Notes under the pieces: generated by a model
Told to the model about the DNA's origin: nothing
What the model saw: the letters and a program-made list of their open reading frames with translations, nothing else
The model's database searches: none
Program-made: the position numbers and the translations under genes
Origin: Candidatus Latescibacterota bacterium
Lineage (GTDB): Bacteria > Latescibacterota > UBA2968 > UBA8231
Assembly (NCBI GenBank): GCA_964291625.2
Contig: OZ220089.1
Coordinates: forward strand, 2,592,001-2,656,000
Length of the DNA: 64,000 nt
Reading direction: 5' to 3'
Shown: positions 1 to 9,552 of the stretch, piece by piece
Layout of the letters: the number at the start of each line of letters is the position of its first letter
Position numbering within the stretch: position 1 is the first letter of the stretch

Positions 1-60
1 GCTCTTCCGACTGTGAGCTAGGAGCCGGCAGACTCGGCGCTGGAATCCCGTGAGAGCCAC
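1..60 (-). CDS. 5' end of a putative AbiEii-like nucleotidyltransferase (runs off the window edge)
   Basis: The reverse complement from a GTG at 60 reads MALTGFQRRVCRLLAHSRKS, an N-terminus resembling AbiEii/AbiGii-type nucleotidyltransferases. It overlaps the 3' end of the small upstream ORF. Only 20 codons are visible. Confidence 0.45.
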   Translation of the reverse strand, partial: MALTGFQRRVCRLLAHSRKS

Positions 61-257
61 TCGCGCAGTCTCCTTGCTTCCACGTACGCCTTCCGGGAGC
101 CTGTGCGCTCGATTCGCCGGATGGCACGGATCAACTCTTCCGTGCTGGCGGGTTCGTGGCCATCCCTGAAGAACCAGAGGGACCCGCGTCGGTGATGACG
201 GATGAATTGGAGGGCAGCGTCACGAGCCGTGGAGCTGCCGGGCAAGGACTCGGCCAT
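18..257 (-). CDS. Small hypothetical protein (79 aa), possible antitoxin partner of the downstream nucleotidyltransferase
   Basis: ORF MAESLPGSS...LWFFRDGHEP...ARRLREWLSRDSSAESAGS from the ATG at 257. It overlaps the next gene's start, as in TA pairs. Confidence 0.55.
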   Translation of the reverse strand: MAESLPGSSTARDAALQFIRHHRRGSLWFFRDGHEPASTEELIRAIRRIERTGSRKAYVEARRLREWLSRDSSAESAGS

Positions 258-373
258 GATCGTCTCCAGTCGCGGCGAAGGTAAGGAGGCTTCGCGACGG
301 GGACAATCCAACCCGGGGCCGTCCGGATGTGCTCAGACAGCTGCGGCCTTCGGCACGGTTGGAGACTCGGCCT

Positions 374-1399
374 TCACCGGCCGTGAGAGGTCAGCCGCTC
401 CATCACGGCGCGGTCGAAGTTGTCGGCCTGCACCTCGATGCCGTCGCCGTCGGGGTGGCACTGGTCCTCGGCGTAGCGCGCGATCAGGTCGAGGTCGAAG
501 ACCTCCAGGCCGTCGACGTAGATCAGGTTGGCGTCGCCCAGGCCGGTGAGCCGGCGGTGCACGTCCTCCATGTCGCGGCGCATCGCCGAGATCGTGTAGC
601 CGGCGGCGTTGGGGTCGGTCTCCCGCGGCGGGTAACCGATGGGAGAGACCAAGGCCATCGGAGTGTGGGGGTGCTTCTGGCGGATGAGCTGCACCAGCGC
701 CACGATCGCGGCCGGGTAGGTCCGCCCCGCCAGGGTCGGCGCGTTGATGGTGTTGATCCCCAGCTTGAGGCTGATGTAGTCGGCGGGCAGGCCGGCGATC
801 ACCATGCCGACCATGGCGTCGAGGTGGCACTGGCCGCCGAAGCCGAGGCTGGTGAGATGGAGGCCTCGCCGCCGGGCGACGATGGCCGGCCAGGTGCGCG
901 CCGGGCTGTGGGCGCGCACGCAGTGGGTGAGGGAGCTGCCGTAGGTCACCCAGCGGGGCCGCTCGTCCGCCGCCGCCGCGCAGGGCGCGTCCGCCTCGAG
1001 GCCGGTCAGGTGGACGGGGATCTCCTGCGACAGCCACAGCTCGATCACCTTGTCTCCCGCGGGCAGCTCCTCGAAGACCGCCTCCCCGGAGCCCGGGGGC
1101 GCCCCGGCGCTGGCGACCAGCTCGCCCCCGACGGTGGCGTCGAAGTGGAATCCCTCGCGGCCCTCGGCGGGAGCCGAGATGGGCAGGGGCAGGAAGCTCA
1201 GGCGCAGGCGCGTCGCGGCGGTGGCGAAGCGCAGGCGCACGCCGCTGGCGGTCTCGGCCCGGGCCATCAGATCCTCGCCCGGGGACGGAAACAGGGCCCG
1301 CCGGGCGTGGGGCAGCCGCCACGGCTTGATCCAGCCGTCGCCGCGCTCCAGCTCGACATGCCCCTGGAAGAGATCGTCGGTGAGGGGAATGGTCCGCAT
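374..1399 (-). CDS. SGNH/GDSL hydrolase family protein (SsfX3-like)
   Basis: YGSSLTHC block I, LGFGGQC block II, KLGIN block III and DQCHP block V. Confidence 0.85.
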   Translation of the reverse strand: MRTIPLTDDLFQGHVELERGDGWIKPWRLPHARRALFPSPGEDLMARAETASGVRLRFATAATRLRLSFLPLPISAPAEGREGFHFDATVGGELVASAGAPPGSGEAVFEELPAGDKVIELWLSQEIPVHLTGLEADAPCAAAADERPRWVTYGSSLTHCVRAHSPARTWPAIVARRRGLHLTSLGFGGQCHLDAMVGMVIAGLPADYISLKLGINTINAPTLAGRTYPAAIVALVQLIRQKHPHTPMALVSPIGYPPRETDPNAAGYTISAMRRDMEDVHRRLTGLGDANLIYVDGLEVFDLDLIARYAEDQCHPDGDGIEVQADNFDRAVMERLTSHGR

Positions 1400-1403
1400 C
1401 TGT

Positions 1404-3173
1404 CTATCGCTCCCAGGGAAAGGCGAAACTCGGTTGACGTGAGTACCGGCGCTGGGCGATCTGCAACCGGCCCCCGGCTCCGGGCCCCAGCCGCACCGTG
1501 AAGGAGGAGCCTTCGCCCGCCACGTCGATCGGCGTGCCGTCGCCGGCGGTGACGCTCTCGATCCGGTGCTCCCCGTAGGCGCCTCCCTGCACCACCACGT
1601 GGCGCTCGCGGACGGGGTCGAGATTGACCAGTTGCACGCTGACCTGGCCGTCGCTCATGCCGTCCACCAGGGCCGCCACCTGCGGCGGCAGACCGGCCCG
1701 GCGCGCCTCGGGGTCGAAGTAGCGCAGGCGGCAGTGCAGGGTGTGACAGGAGCGGCCCACCGGCAGGCCTCCGAGCAACAGCTTCACCAGGGTGTCGGTG
1801 AGGGCCGGGTTGAGGTGGTTCATGTCGTCGGAGAGCCGGGTGTCGATGCTGGACTCGTCCTCGGCCACGCCGCGCATGCGGCTGCGGACCTGGTCCAGCA
1901 CCGACTCCAGGGCCGCCTCCGGGAAGCCGGGCTCCTCCCCCGCCAGGTAGCGAACCCAGCCGTCGCCGGCGACGCGCTCGCGGTCGTCCTCCCCCTGCGA
2001 CCAGAACCAGATCTCCTGCGCCCCGGGCGAGAACGGCTGCGGCCGGAAGTCGTACCAGCCATCGTCGCCGTGCATGTGGGGATAGAGCGTCTGCCCGCTC
2101 ACCTGCTTCGCGTTCTCGTTGACTTTGTCGAGGACGCCGCGCCAGGTGTCGACGTAGCCCTGCTGCCCGGTGAGCAGCAGGCCATGGGCGAAGCCGAAGT
2201 GGGGCCGCGAGTAGCAGGCCGGGCGGTGGGCGGCGGCCCCCGTCTGGGGCACGGTGACGGTGAACCCCCAGCCGTAGCATCCGCCCCACCAGCGGCCCCC
2301 GGCGGCGCCTCCGATGGTGCCGTCGAGGCCGATGTTGGAAGGGATGATGCCGCCGTTCTCCCCGGTGCGCTCCACCCAGGCGTCGACGTAGTCGACGACC
2401 CCGCCGCGGTAGCGGTCGTCGCCGGTGATCAGGTAGGCCACCAGCCCCAGGTGCGTGGCCTCGAGGTTCAGCGGATTGTCGCCGACCACGTCGGTGTACT
2501 CCTCGAAGTGGGCGAGCATCTCGGCGAAGTTGCGTTCGCCGTGGCCGAGGCGGAAACGGCCCTCGATCTCGATCGGATCGCCGGCCCAGTCGAGGGCCGT
2601 GGCCTTGCGCAGGAGGGGCCCGCGGCTGCCGTTGAACATGGAGCGCACGATGCGGTGATCGGGGTCGTAGTTCGGGGCGGTCTCGTCGGTGCCGTCGTAC
2701 ATGGCGGCCCAGCGCCGGAGGCGGCGCTCGTAGGCCGGGTCCCAGGGGTCGCACAGGCCGTAGAGGAGGTAGGCGGAGAAGCCCTCTCCGTGGTGGAACC
2801 AGTCGAGGGAGACGGGGAACTCTTTGTAGTACATGCCGTCGCGGGCCATGGGGACCTCGACGGTGCGGGCCTCCGTGTACTGGCGCAGGTGCCCCTCGAA
2901 GCCGGTGCGGAACATGTCCAGCAGGTCGTCGGCCCCGCCGAGGGCATGGAGGGTGGTCCAGTTGAGCTGGTTCTCGGCGGCGTCGTCCGGCCCGTCGTCA
3001 CCGCCCCACCTGGGCACCGCCAGGAGGTAGCCGGAGTGAGGATCGAAGTACTTGCCGAAGAAGTCGCGGCAGGCCGACGCCTCGGCGTCGAGGATGTGGC
3101 GCTCCAGCAGCGCCCAGCGCGGCGGCGGCAGCGGGTCGTCGAGGCTGAGCAGGGGCAGGTGTCGTGAGGGCAT
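1404..3173 (-). CDS. Conserved hypothetical protein (~589 aa)
   Basis: Long ORF with natural composition (RWGGDDGPDDAAEN, DWFHHGEG). Likely start is the ATG at 3173 (MPSRHLPLL). Confidence 0.75.
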   Translation of the reverse strand: MPSRHLPLLSLDDPLPPPRWALLERHILDAEASACRDFFGKYFDPHSGYLLAVPRWGGDDGPDDAAENQLNWTTLHALGGADDLLDMFRTGFEGHLRQYTEARTVEVPMARDGMYYKEFPVSLDWFHHGEGFSAYLLYGLCDPWDPAYERRLRRWAAMYDGTDETAPNYDPDHRIVRSMFNGSRGPLLRKATALDWAGDPIEIEGRFRLGHGERNFAEMLAHFEEYTDVVGDNPLNLEATHLGLVAYLITGDDRYRGGVVDYVDAWVERTGENGGIIPSNIGLDGTIGGAAGGRWWGGCYGWGFTVTVPQTGAAAHRPACYSRPHFGFAHGLLLTGQQGYVDTWRGVLDKVNENAKQVSGQTLYPHMHGDDGWYDFRPQPFSPGAQEIWFWSQGEDDRERVAGDGWVRYLAGEEPGFPEAALESVLDQVRSRMRGVAEDESSIDTRLSDDMNHLNPALTDTLVKLLLGGLPVGRSCHTLHCRLRYFDPEARRAGLPPQVAALVDGMSDGQVSVQLVNLDPVRERHVVVQGGAYGEHRIESVTAGDGTPIDVAGEGSSFTVRLGPGAGGRLQIAQRRYSRQPSFAFPWER

Positions 3174-3353
3174 TGGCGATCCTTTGGAGAGGCGCGAAGG
3201 GGCGGGGGAACAAGGGACATGCGGGTGTTCGGTGCAAGGCGAGGCCCGGTGTGCCACGGCCTGATCAGCTTGCGGAAGGCGGCTTCCCGGGCCGATGCTT
3301 GCGGAACTCGCCCCGAAGACTCCGGGAATGGTCTACCGTACGACAGAGGGGTC

Positions 3354-4454
3354 ATGATCTACGACGGACACGCCTACTGCTTTCCCCCGCCGGCCCGCAA
3401 CGGCGGCTTTGCCGATCCGGCCGAGTTCTGGCGGCACCTGCAGTTGTTCATGGCCCATGCCCGGCAGCAGCCCTGCTGGCGGCGCTCCGACCGGGCCGCG
3501 GCCGACGCCGCGGGTCTCGCCGACCCCGGGCGGCCCTGGCGCTTCGAGGGCCTGCGGGACGCCGCCTTCCGCACCGGGGACCACGGACTCGTGGAGTGGA
3601 CGGTGGACGGCGAGGACTACGTCAAGCAGGCCCTGCCGCCGTGGACGGTGGACTTCGCCTTCCCCGCCGACAGCCTCGTGGCGGAGATGGACTACGCCGG
3701 CGTCGACCGGGCCCTCCTGCACCGCACCCCCTACATGGGGCTGAGCGACGGTTGGATCGCCGACTGCTGCCGGAGGCACCCGGGCCGGATCCAGGGCCTG
3801 GTGCAGGTGCCCGAGTGGTGGTTCCCCGCCAGGACGGACGACGCCCTTGCCAAACTGGAGCGGGGGATCCGCGACCACGGCCTGTCCGGCCTGCAGTTCG
3901 CGCCCTTCCACCGGCCCCTCTACGACCTCTCCCCCGAGTGGACGGGGCCCGAGTTCGACCCCCTGTGGGCAGCCGTGGCCGGGCTGGGGATCCCCGTGTT
4001 CTTCACCATCGGCGCCGCCGGCACGCCCGCCGAGTACCTCGACGAGCTGCGCGCCCTGCGGGCCTGGATGGACCGCTTCCCCGACGTCGACGTGGTCATG
4101 ACCCACGGCTTCCCCTGGCGGCTGTTCGCCGGCGAGGACCGGCTCCACGTGCCGGACGAGGTCTACGAGGCGGCGCCCATCGGCCATCCGCGCTTCCACA
4201 TCCAGATCCTCTTCGCCGTCTTCCTGCAGTCGCGCTGGGACTACCCCATGCCGCAGATGCGGCCCGTCCTGGAGAGGATGGTGGAGCGCATCGGCGCCGA
4301 CCGCATCATCTGGGGCACGGACATCCCCATCGTGCTCCTGCACTGGACCTACCGCCAGAGCCTGGACTACGTGAGGCGCTACTGCCCCTTCCTCGACGAG
4401 GCCGGGATGGCGGCGATCCTCGGCGGCAACATGGAGCGCCTCCTGGGGCCGTAG
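3354..4454 (+). CDS. Amidohydrolase family protein (Amidohydro_2)
   Basis: N-terminal 'IYDGHAY', 'VVMTHG' and C-terminal 'RIIWGTDIP ... ILGGNMERLL'. Confidence 0.85.
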   Translation: MIYDGHAYCFPPPARNGGFADPAEFWRHLQLFMAHARQQPCWRRSDRAAADAAGLADPGRPWRFEGLRDAAFRTGDHGLVEWTVDGEDYVKQALPPWTVDFAFPADSLVAEMDYAGVDRALLHRTPYMGLSDGWIADCCRRHPGRIQGLVQVPEWWFPARTDDALAKLERGIRDHGLSGLQFAPFHRPLYDLSPEWTGPEFDPLWAAVAGLGIPVFFTIGAAGTPAEYLDELRALRAWMDRFPDVDVVMTHGFPWRLFAGEDRLHVPDEVYEAAPIGHPRFHIQILFAVFLQSRWDYPMPQMRPVLERMVERIGADRIIWGTDIPIVLLHWTYRQSLDYVRRYCPFLDEAGMAAILGGNMERLLGP

Positions 4455-4470
4455 CCCCCGGCCCCCCCTG

Positions 4471-5322
4471 TCAGCCGGAGCCGGGACCCTTCAGCTCGTC
4501 CAGGAGGAAGGCGGGGATCGACATCGCCCTGCTGCCCGCCACCGGCCGCCGGCGGGCGACCAGGTCGCAGCGGCCCCCGACGGCCTCGATCCTCTCCCTC
4601 CACGCCACCCCGAAGCTCGGGTGGTGGATCCCGTACGGGGCATCCAGCGGGTCGTCGTAGGTGAGCAGGGTCGGAGGAACGCCGCGGCGCACGTGGTTGA
4701 TGGGGGACAGCTCCTCCATCAGCCGGCTGGTCTCCGGCGGCAACCAGTCGAGTTCCGCCTCCTCCAGTCCGTAGAACTGCTTCAGGAATCGCCCGGGGAC
4801 GGCCGAGCCCGGCATCAGGTCGGCCATGAAGCGCGGGTCGACCGAGGTCACCGCCTGGTTCACGGCGGCGCAGGCGAGCCCTGTGGACTCGCGGGCGACG
4901 GGGTCGTCGCTGGCGGGGTCCGCCAGGTCGGCGTGGGCCGCGAGCCAGAGCGAGAGACAGGCGCCCGACGAGGTCCCCATGGCGGCGATCCGCTCCTTGT
5001 CGAGGTTCCACTCGTCCGCCCTGCCGCGCACGAACTGGAGGGCTTGGGCGGCGCCCTCGAAGGGGGTCCACCCGGCCCCGTGATGGCACGGGGCCACGAT
5101 GGAGATGCCCGCGTCCACCAAGGCGAGAAGGTCGCGCCGGACGACGGGCGGCGCGGTGCGGACCGGGCCCGGCCTGGTGAGCTTCCTGAAGCGGCCGGGG
5201 TGGAAGCAGAGCACCGCGGGAGCGGGATCGGCCGAGTCGGCCAGCCAGACCGCCATGAGGTCGCGCTCGTCCGGCCCGAACCTGATGCCGGCGTGAGTCG
5301 GCGGGCGTGCGGAGGCGTTCAT
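4471..5322 (-). CDS. Alpha/beta hydrolase (esterase/lipase-like)
   Basis: GTSSG nucleophile elbow, 'WNLDKERIAAMG' and 'SPINHV...PPTLL...IHHP'. Confidence 0.8.
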   Translation of the reverse strand: MNASARPPTHAGIRFGPDERDLMAVWLADSADPAPAVLCFHPGRFRKLTRPGPVRTAPPVVRRDLLALVDAGISIVAPCHHGAGWTPFEGAAQALQFVRGRADEWNLDKERIAAMGTSSGACLSLWLAAHADLADPASDDPVARESTGLACAAVNQAVTSVDPRFMADLMPGSAVPGRFLKQFYGLEEAELDWLPPETSRLMEELSPINHVRRGVPPTLLTYDDPLDAPYGIHHPSFGVAWRERIEAVGGRCDLVARRRPVAGSRAMSIPAFLLDELKGPGSG

Positions 5323-5347
5323 CCGGGCGGGTTGCCAGGCGCCGGGC

Positions 5348-5809
5348 CTACTGGTCCTCGTCCGCTCCGGCAGGGTCGCCGTCGTCGTCGACGTCCCGGT
5401 AGGCGATGGCGGCGATCTCGACGCGGAAGTCGAAGACGATCTGCGCCCCCCCGGTGCAGGCCCGCGCCGGGAATCTCTCCTTGAAGTACGAGGCGTACGC
5501 CCTGTTCATCTCGTGGTAGTCCTCGATGTCGGAGAGCCAGACGGTGACGTTGACGAGGTCGTCGAGAGCATAGCCGTGCTCTTCGAGAATGCGGCCGATG
5601 TTCTCCATGACCTGGTGGGTCTCGGCCGCCACCGACTCCTTGACGTCGCTGCCGTCGGCGGCGCGGGCGATCTGGCCGCTGATGAAGAGGAAGCCGCCGG
5701 CCTGGCGGGCGGGGCTGAAGGGCAGGGTCTTGAGCGGCACGGCGTCCTGGGCGAAGACCGGCGAGACGGCGAGGACAAGTGCGAGCGCGACGCGGACAGG
5801 GTGTCCCAT
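5348..5809 (-). CDS. RidA/YjgF family protein with a predicted signal peptide
   Basis: 'PFSPA..AGGFLFISGQI', 'MNRAYASYF..FPARAC' and 'VEIAAIA'. The N-terminus MGHPVRVALALVLAVSPVFA-QD resembles a Sec signal. Confidence 0.85.
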   Translation of the reverse strand: MGHPVRVALALVLAVSPVFAQDAVPLKTLPFSPARQAGGFLFISGQIARAADGSDVKESVAAETHQVMENIGRILEEHGYALDDLVNVTVWLSDIEDYHEMNRAYASYFKERFPARACTGGAQIVFDFRVEIAAIAYRDVDDDGDPAGADEDQ

Positions 5810-5978
5810 GTGGGCTCTTCCTGGTTGGGGTTGGAGCTTTTGAACATAGGCTGCATCGAGGGATGGGGCGCCTTCCGGGCACCGGGTCTCCAGCCGGCCG
5901 CGGGTTGTCGGTGGCCGCGGAGAGGGTGACTTTTTCCCGGCGGCAGAGTGGTACCCCGCATGGAGAGGCCCCGACAGG

Positions 5979-7514
5979 ATGAACCTCAGCGACCTCGTCG
6001 ACACCTCCGACCGCGTGGCCGGCACGAGGGCCCGCGGCGACAAGATCGGCCTGCTGGCCGGCTGCCTGGAGCGGCTCACCCCTCAAGAGCGCGAAGCTGG
6101 AGCGGCCTTCCTCACCGGACAGCTGCGCCAGGGGCGGATCGGCCTCGGCGGGGCGGCGATCCGGCAGGCCATGCCGCCCCGGCCGGCGTCGTCGCCGAGC
6201 CTGACCGTGGCCGGCCTGGACGCCGCCTTCGAGGAGATCTCCGGGCTCAGCGGACCCGGCTCTGCGGGGACCCGCGTCCAGGCGCTGGCCGGCCTGCTGG
6301 AAAGGGCCACGAAGCCGGAACAGGAGTGGCTGGCGCGGCTGGTCTTCGGGGAGCTGCGCCAGGGGGCGCAAGAGGGGATCGTCATCGAGGCGGTCGCCCG
6401 GGCCGCGGGCATTCCGGCAGCGGCCGTGCGCCGGGCGGCGATGCTTGCCGGCGACCTGGTGCGCGTGGCCGTGGCCGCCCTCGACGGCGGCGAGGCGGCC
6501 TTGGGCGAGTTTCGCCTGCGGCTGATGTCCCCCGTGCTGCCCATGCTTGCCCAGGGCGCCGAGAGCGTGGAGGACGTGCTCGAGCGCCACGGCCGGGTGG
6601 CCCTGGACTACAAGCTCGACGGCGCCCGCATCCAGGTGCACCGGGTGGATGACGAGGTGCGGCTGTTCACGCGGCGCCTCAACGACGTGACCGCCGCGGC
6701 GCCCGAGCTGGTGGAGGCGGTGCGGGCCCTGCCGGCACGGCAGCTCGTCCTCGACGGGGAGGCGATCGTGCTGCGCGGCGACGGCCGCCCGGCCCCCTTC
6801 CAGCAGACGATGCGCCGCTTCGGCCGCCGCCTCGACGTGGAGCGAATGCGCGTCGAGCTGCCGCTGTCCGCCTTCTACTTCGACTGTCTGCACCTGGACG
6901 GGCAGGACCTGATCGACGCGGATACCGGGGAGCGCCTGCGGGCCCTGCACGGCCTCGTCCCGCCGTCGGCCCAGGTGCCGCACACGGTGGCCGACTCCGT
7001 GGAGCCGGCGCGGGAGTTCATCGACCAGGCCCTGGCCGTTGGCCACGAGGGGGTCGTGGCCAAGGATCTGGAGGCGCCCTACGAGGCCGGCAGGCGGGGC
7101 GCGGGATGGCTCAAGCTCAAGCCCGCCCACACCCTCGACCTGGTGGTCCTGGCGGTGGAGTGGGGCAGCGGCCGGCGCCGGGGATGGCTGTCCAACCTGC
7201 ACCTGGGAGCGCGGGACCCGTCCGGAGGGTTCGTGATGCTGGGCAAGACCTTCAAGGGCATGACCGACGAGATGCTGGTGTGGCAGACGGAGAAGCTCCT
7301 CGGCCTGGAGACCGGCCGCGAGGGCCATGTGGTGCACGTCCGCCCGGAGCTGGTGGTGGAGATCGCCTTCGATGGCGTGCAGGCCAGCCCCCACTACCCC
7401 GGAGGCCTGGCCCTGCGCTTCGCCCGGGTGAAGCGCTACCGCCCGGACAAGGCGGCGGGCCAGGCCGACGACATCGCGTCCGTGCGCGGAATCTTCGAGG
7501 CCCAGCCGGGATAG
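5979..7514 (+). CDS. ligB: ATP-dependent DNA ligase (LigB-type)
   Basis: Motif I 'DYKLDGAR', 'LDGEA', 'YFDCL', 'EGVVAK', 'WLKLK' and OB-fold 'LRFARVKRYRPDK'. Confidence 0.92.
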   Translation: MNLSDLVDTSDRVAGTRARGDKIGLLAGCLERLTPQEREAGAAFLTGQLRQGRIGLGGAAIRQAMPPRPASSPSLTVAGLDAAFEEISGLSGPGSAGTRVQALAGLLERATKPEQEWLARLVFGELRQGAQEGIVIEAVARAAGIPAAAVRRAAMLAGDLVRVAVAALDGGEAALGEFRLRLMSPVLPMLAQGAESVEDVLERHGRVALDYKLDGARIQVHRVDDEVRLFTRRLNDVTAAAPELVEAVRALPARQLVLDGEAIVLRGDGRPAPFQQTMRRFGRRLDVERMRVELPLSAFYFDCLHLDGQDLIDADTGERLRALHGLVPPSAQVPHTVADSVEPAREFIDQALAVGHEGVVAKDLEAPYEAGRRGAGWLKLKPAHTLDLVVLAVEWGSGRRRGWLSNLHLGARDPSGGFVMLGKTFKGMTDEMLVWQTEKLLGLETGREGHVVHVRPELVVEIAFDGVQASPHYPGGLALRFARVKRYRPDKAAGQADDIASVRGIFEAQPG

Positions 7515-7538
7515 TCGCGCCGCACGTGCTGAGACCCG

Positions 7539-8507
7539 ATGCCCACCCCTGAGGCCTCCCGCCAGGACCCCTTCCGGGACCTGAAGGCAGCCGTGGCCCG
7601 CCTGCTCCCCGCCGACACCCGCGGGCGCCGGCGCCCCGCCCCGCGAGAGGCGACGCGCGTCTACTGGGAGATCGGCCGCCTGCTCAACGAGCACATCTCC
7701 GGCCGCGCCGAGTACGGGGGGCGGGCCGTGGAGCGGCTGGCCGGGGAGCTGGGAGTCCTGCCGCGGACGCTCTACCGGGCCCGGAGGCTGTACCAGAGGC
7801 TGCCCTCCGACACCTCCGTCCTCGACCGGCTGTCCTGGAGCCACTGCCGGCTGCTGGTGACGGTGCCTGACGACGGCGAGTTGCGCCAGCTGATGGAGCG
7901 CGCCTCCGAGGAGGGCTGGAGCGTGCGCCGCCTGCGGGAGCAACTGCGCGCACGGGATGAGGGCTCGCAGGTGGCTGTGCGCGGACGCCCGGGGGTCTAC
8001 CGCATCGTCGACCTCCCCGGCAAGAAGGGGAAGCTGGCCCTCGACCTCGGCTTCGGTGTGCGGCGCCGCCTCGACGGGATGGGCAAGGTGGGCAAGCGCA
8101 CCCGCCGCCTGATCGCGGAGCTGGCCGCCGGGGAGGTGGTCGAGCTGAGCAGGGACGCCAGGGACCGTCCGTCCCTGCGCCGCCAGTGGGGCCAGGCGGA
8201 GTCGCGGCTGTTCACCTACGGCGCGCGGCTGCTGCGGGCCCCCGCCGCCGGCGTGGTGGAGACCCACATCGACCTGGGCCTGGACGTCTCCCTGGTCCGC
8301 GGTCTGACCCTGCGAGGCGCGGCGGGAAACCTGCCACGGGGGGAACTGGCGAAGGTCCTGGCCAGTGTACCGGCCCGGGTGGTGGTCAAGACTCACCGGG
8401 GCCGGGGCGGCGACTACCTGGCTGACGTGTACGGCCTCGGCGGCGAGCGGTCGACGGCGGTCATCGCCGAGAGCGGCGACTACCTCAACGCTTTGTGGGT
8501 GGCTTGA
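7539..8507 (+). CDS. DUF1016 (YhcG) N-terminal domain fused to a degenerate SNase-like domain
   Basis: 'YWEIGRLL..RAEYG..VERLAGEL', 'LSWSHCRLL' and 'EGWSVRRLREQL' match YhcG-N. The C-terminal 'IDLGLDV..LTLRG..YLADVY..YLN' resembles thermonuclease. Confidence 0.7.
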   Translation: MPTPEASRQDPFRDLKAAVARLLPADTRGRRRPAPREATRVYWEIGRLLNEHISGRAEYGGRAVERLAGELGVLPRTLYRARRLYQRLPSDTSVLDRLSWSHCRLLVTVPDDGELRQLMERASEEGWSVRRLREQLRARDEGSQVAVRGRPGVYRIVDLPGKKGKLALDLGFGVRRRLDGMGKVGKRTRRLIAELAAGEVVELSRDARDRPSLRRQWGQAESRLFTYGARLLRAPAAGVVETHIDLGLDVSLVRGLTLRGAAGNLPRGELAKVLASVPARVVVKTHRGRGGDYLADVYGLGGERSTAVIAESGDYLNALWVA

Positions 8508-9543
8508 GGGCGGCGCCCCCGGGGGCGCCAGCTGGCCCCAGAGGCCGGGCACCGCCTCCCGCCCCCCACAACTCCGGAGGGGGTGGCTCGACCGTGCTGC
8601 CCTCGTAACGCAGGCCCGGTTCGCGGTCCCTCGCCAGCAGCAGCGGTCCGTCGAGATCGACCCAATCGGCGCCCTGGGCGGCGAGCACCGCCGGCGCCAT
8701 GGCCAGAGAGGTGCCAACCATGCACCCGACCATGACCCGCAGGCCCGCCTCCCGGGCGCGGCCCTCCAGCTCGAGAGCGGCTGTCAGTCCCCCGGTCTTG
8801 TCGAGCTTGATGTTGACCGCCTCGTAGCGGTCTCCCAGGCGGCGGAGGTCGTCGGCTGTGTGGCAGGACTCGTCGGCGCACAGCGGCACCGGGTGCTCCA
8901 GGTCGGCCAGGGCCGCGTCCTCGGCTGCGGGCAGGGGCTGCTCGATCAGGTCGACGCCGAGTTCGGCCAGGGCGCCCATCAGGGATGCCAGCCCATCGGC
9001 GGAGCATCCCTCGTTGGCGTCGACGATGAGCCGGGAGTCCGGCGCTCCTTCGCGAACCGCCCGGACGCGGTCGATGTCGCCCCCGTCTCCGGCCAGCTTG
9101 AGCTTGAGCAGCGGCCGCCGGGACTCGGCCCCGGCGGCGGCGCCCATCGCCTCCGGCGCTCCGAGGCTGAGGGTGTAGGCGGTGGTGAGGGGCACCGGCG
9201 CCGGGAGGCCGGCCAGCTCGTGAACGGTCGTCCCCCGCCGGCCCGCCTCCAGATCCCACAGGGCGCAGTCGAGGGCGTTGCGCGCGGCCCCCGGCGGCAT
9301 CTCGCGCTCCAGGTCCGAGCGCGTCCAGCCGCCCTCGATCCGGGCGGCGGCCCCGCGCACCTGCTCCATCACGCCATCGACGGATTCCCCGTAGCGAGGG
9401 TAGGGCACGCACTCCCCGCGCCCCACCGAGCGGCCGTCCCGAAGCTCGACGAGCACGACCTCGACATGGGTCCGGGAGCCGCGGGAAATGGTGAAGGTCC
9501 CGGCCATGGGCCAGGTCTCGGAGACAACTGTCAACTCGGGCAC
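8485..9543 (-). CDS. dgcA: Dipeptide epimerase / N-acetyl-D-Glu racemase (enolase superfamily)
   Basis: 'FTISRGSRT', 'GRGECVPYPRYGES', 'LKLKL', 'VDANEG', 'IEQPL', 'ADES', 'NIKLDKTGG' and 'DLDGPLLL'. Lies downstream of a DUF1611 gene. Confidence 0.88.
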   Translation of the reverse strand: MPELTVVSETWPMAGTFTISRGSRTHVEVVLVELRDGRSVGRGECVPYPRYGESVDGVMEQVRGAAARIEGGWTRSDLEREMPPGAARNALDCALWDLEAGRRGTTVHELAGLPAPVPLTTAYTLSLGAPEAMGAAAGAESRRPLLKLKLAGDGGDIDRVRAVREGAPDSRLIVDANEGCSADGLASLMGALAELGVDLIEQPLPAAEDAALADLEHPVPLCADESCHTADDLRRLGDRYEAVNIKLDKTGGLTAALELEGRAREAGLRVMVGCMVGTSLAMAPAVLAAQGADWVDLDGPLLLARDREPGLRYEGSTVEPPPPELWGAGGGARPLGPAGAPGGAALKPPTKR

Positions 9544-9552
9544 GGCCTGCCT

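Noticed and set aside
5319-8717. 1132-aa minus-strand ORF and similar long ORFs (18032-22690, 17311-20688, 24521-27220, 59657-62020)
   Set aside because: These are antisense or off-frame shadows of real genes, caused by high GC and stop-codon scarcity. They have no recognisable motifs.
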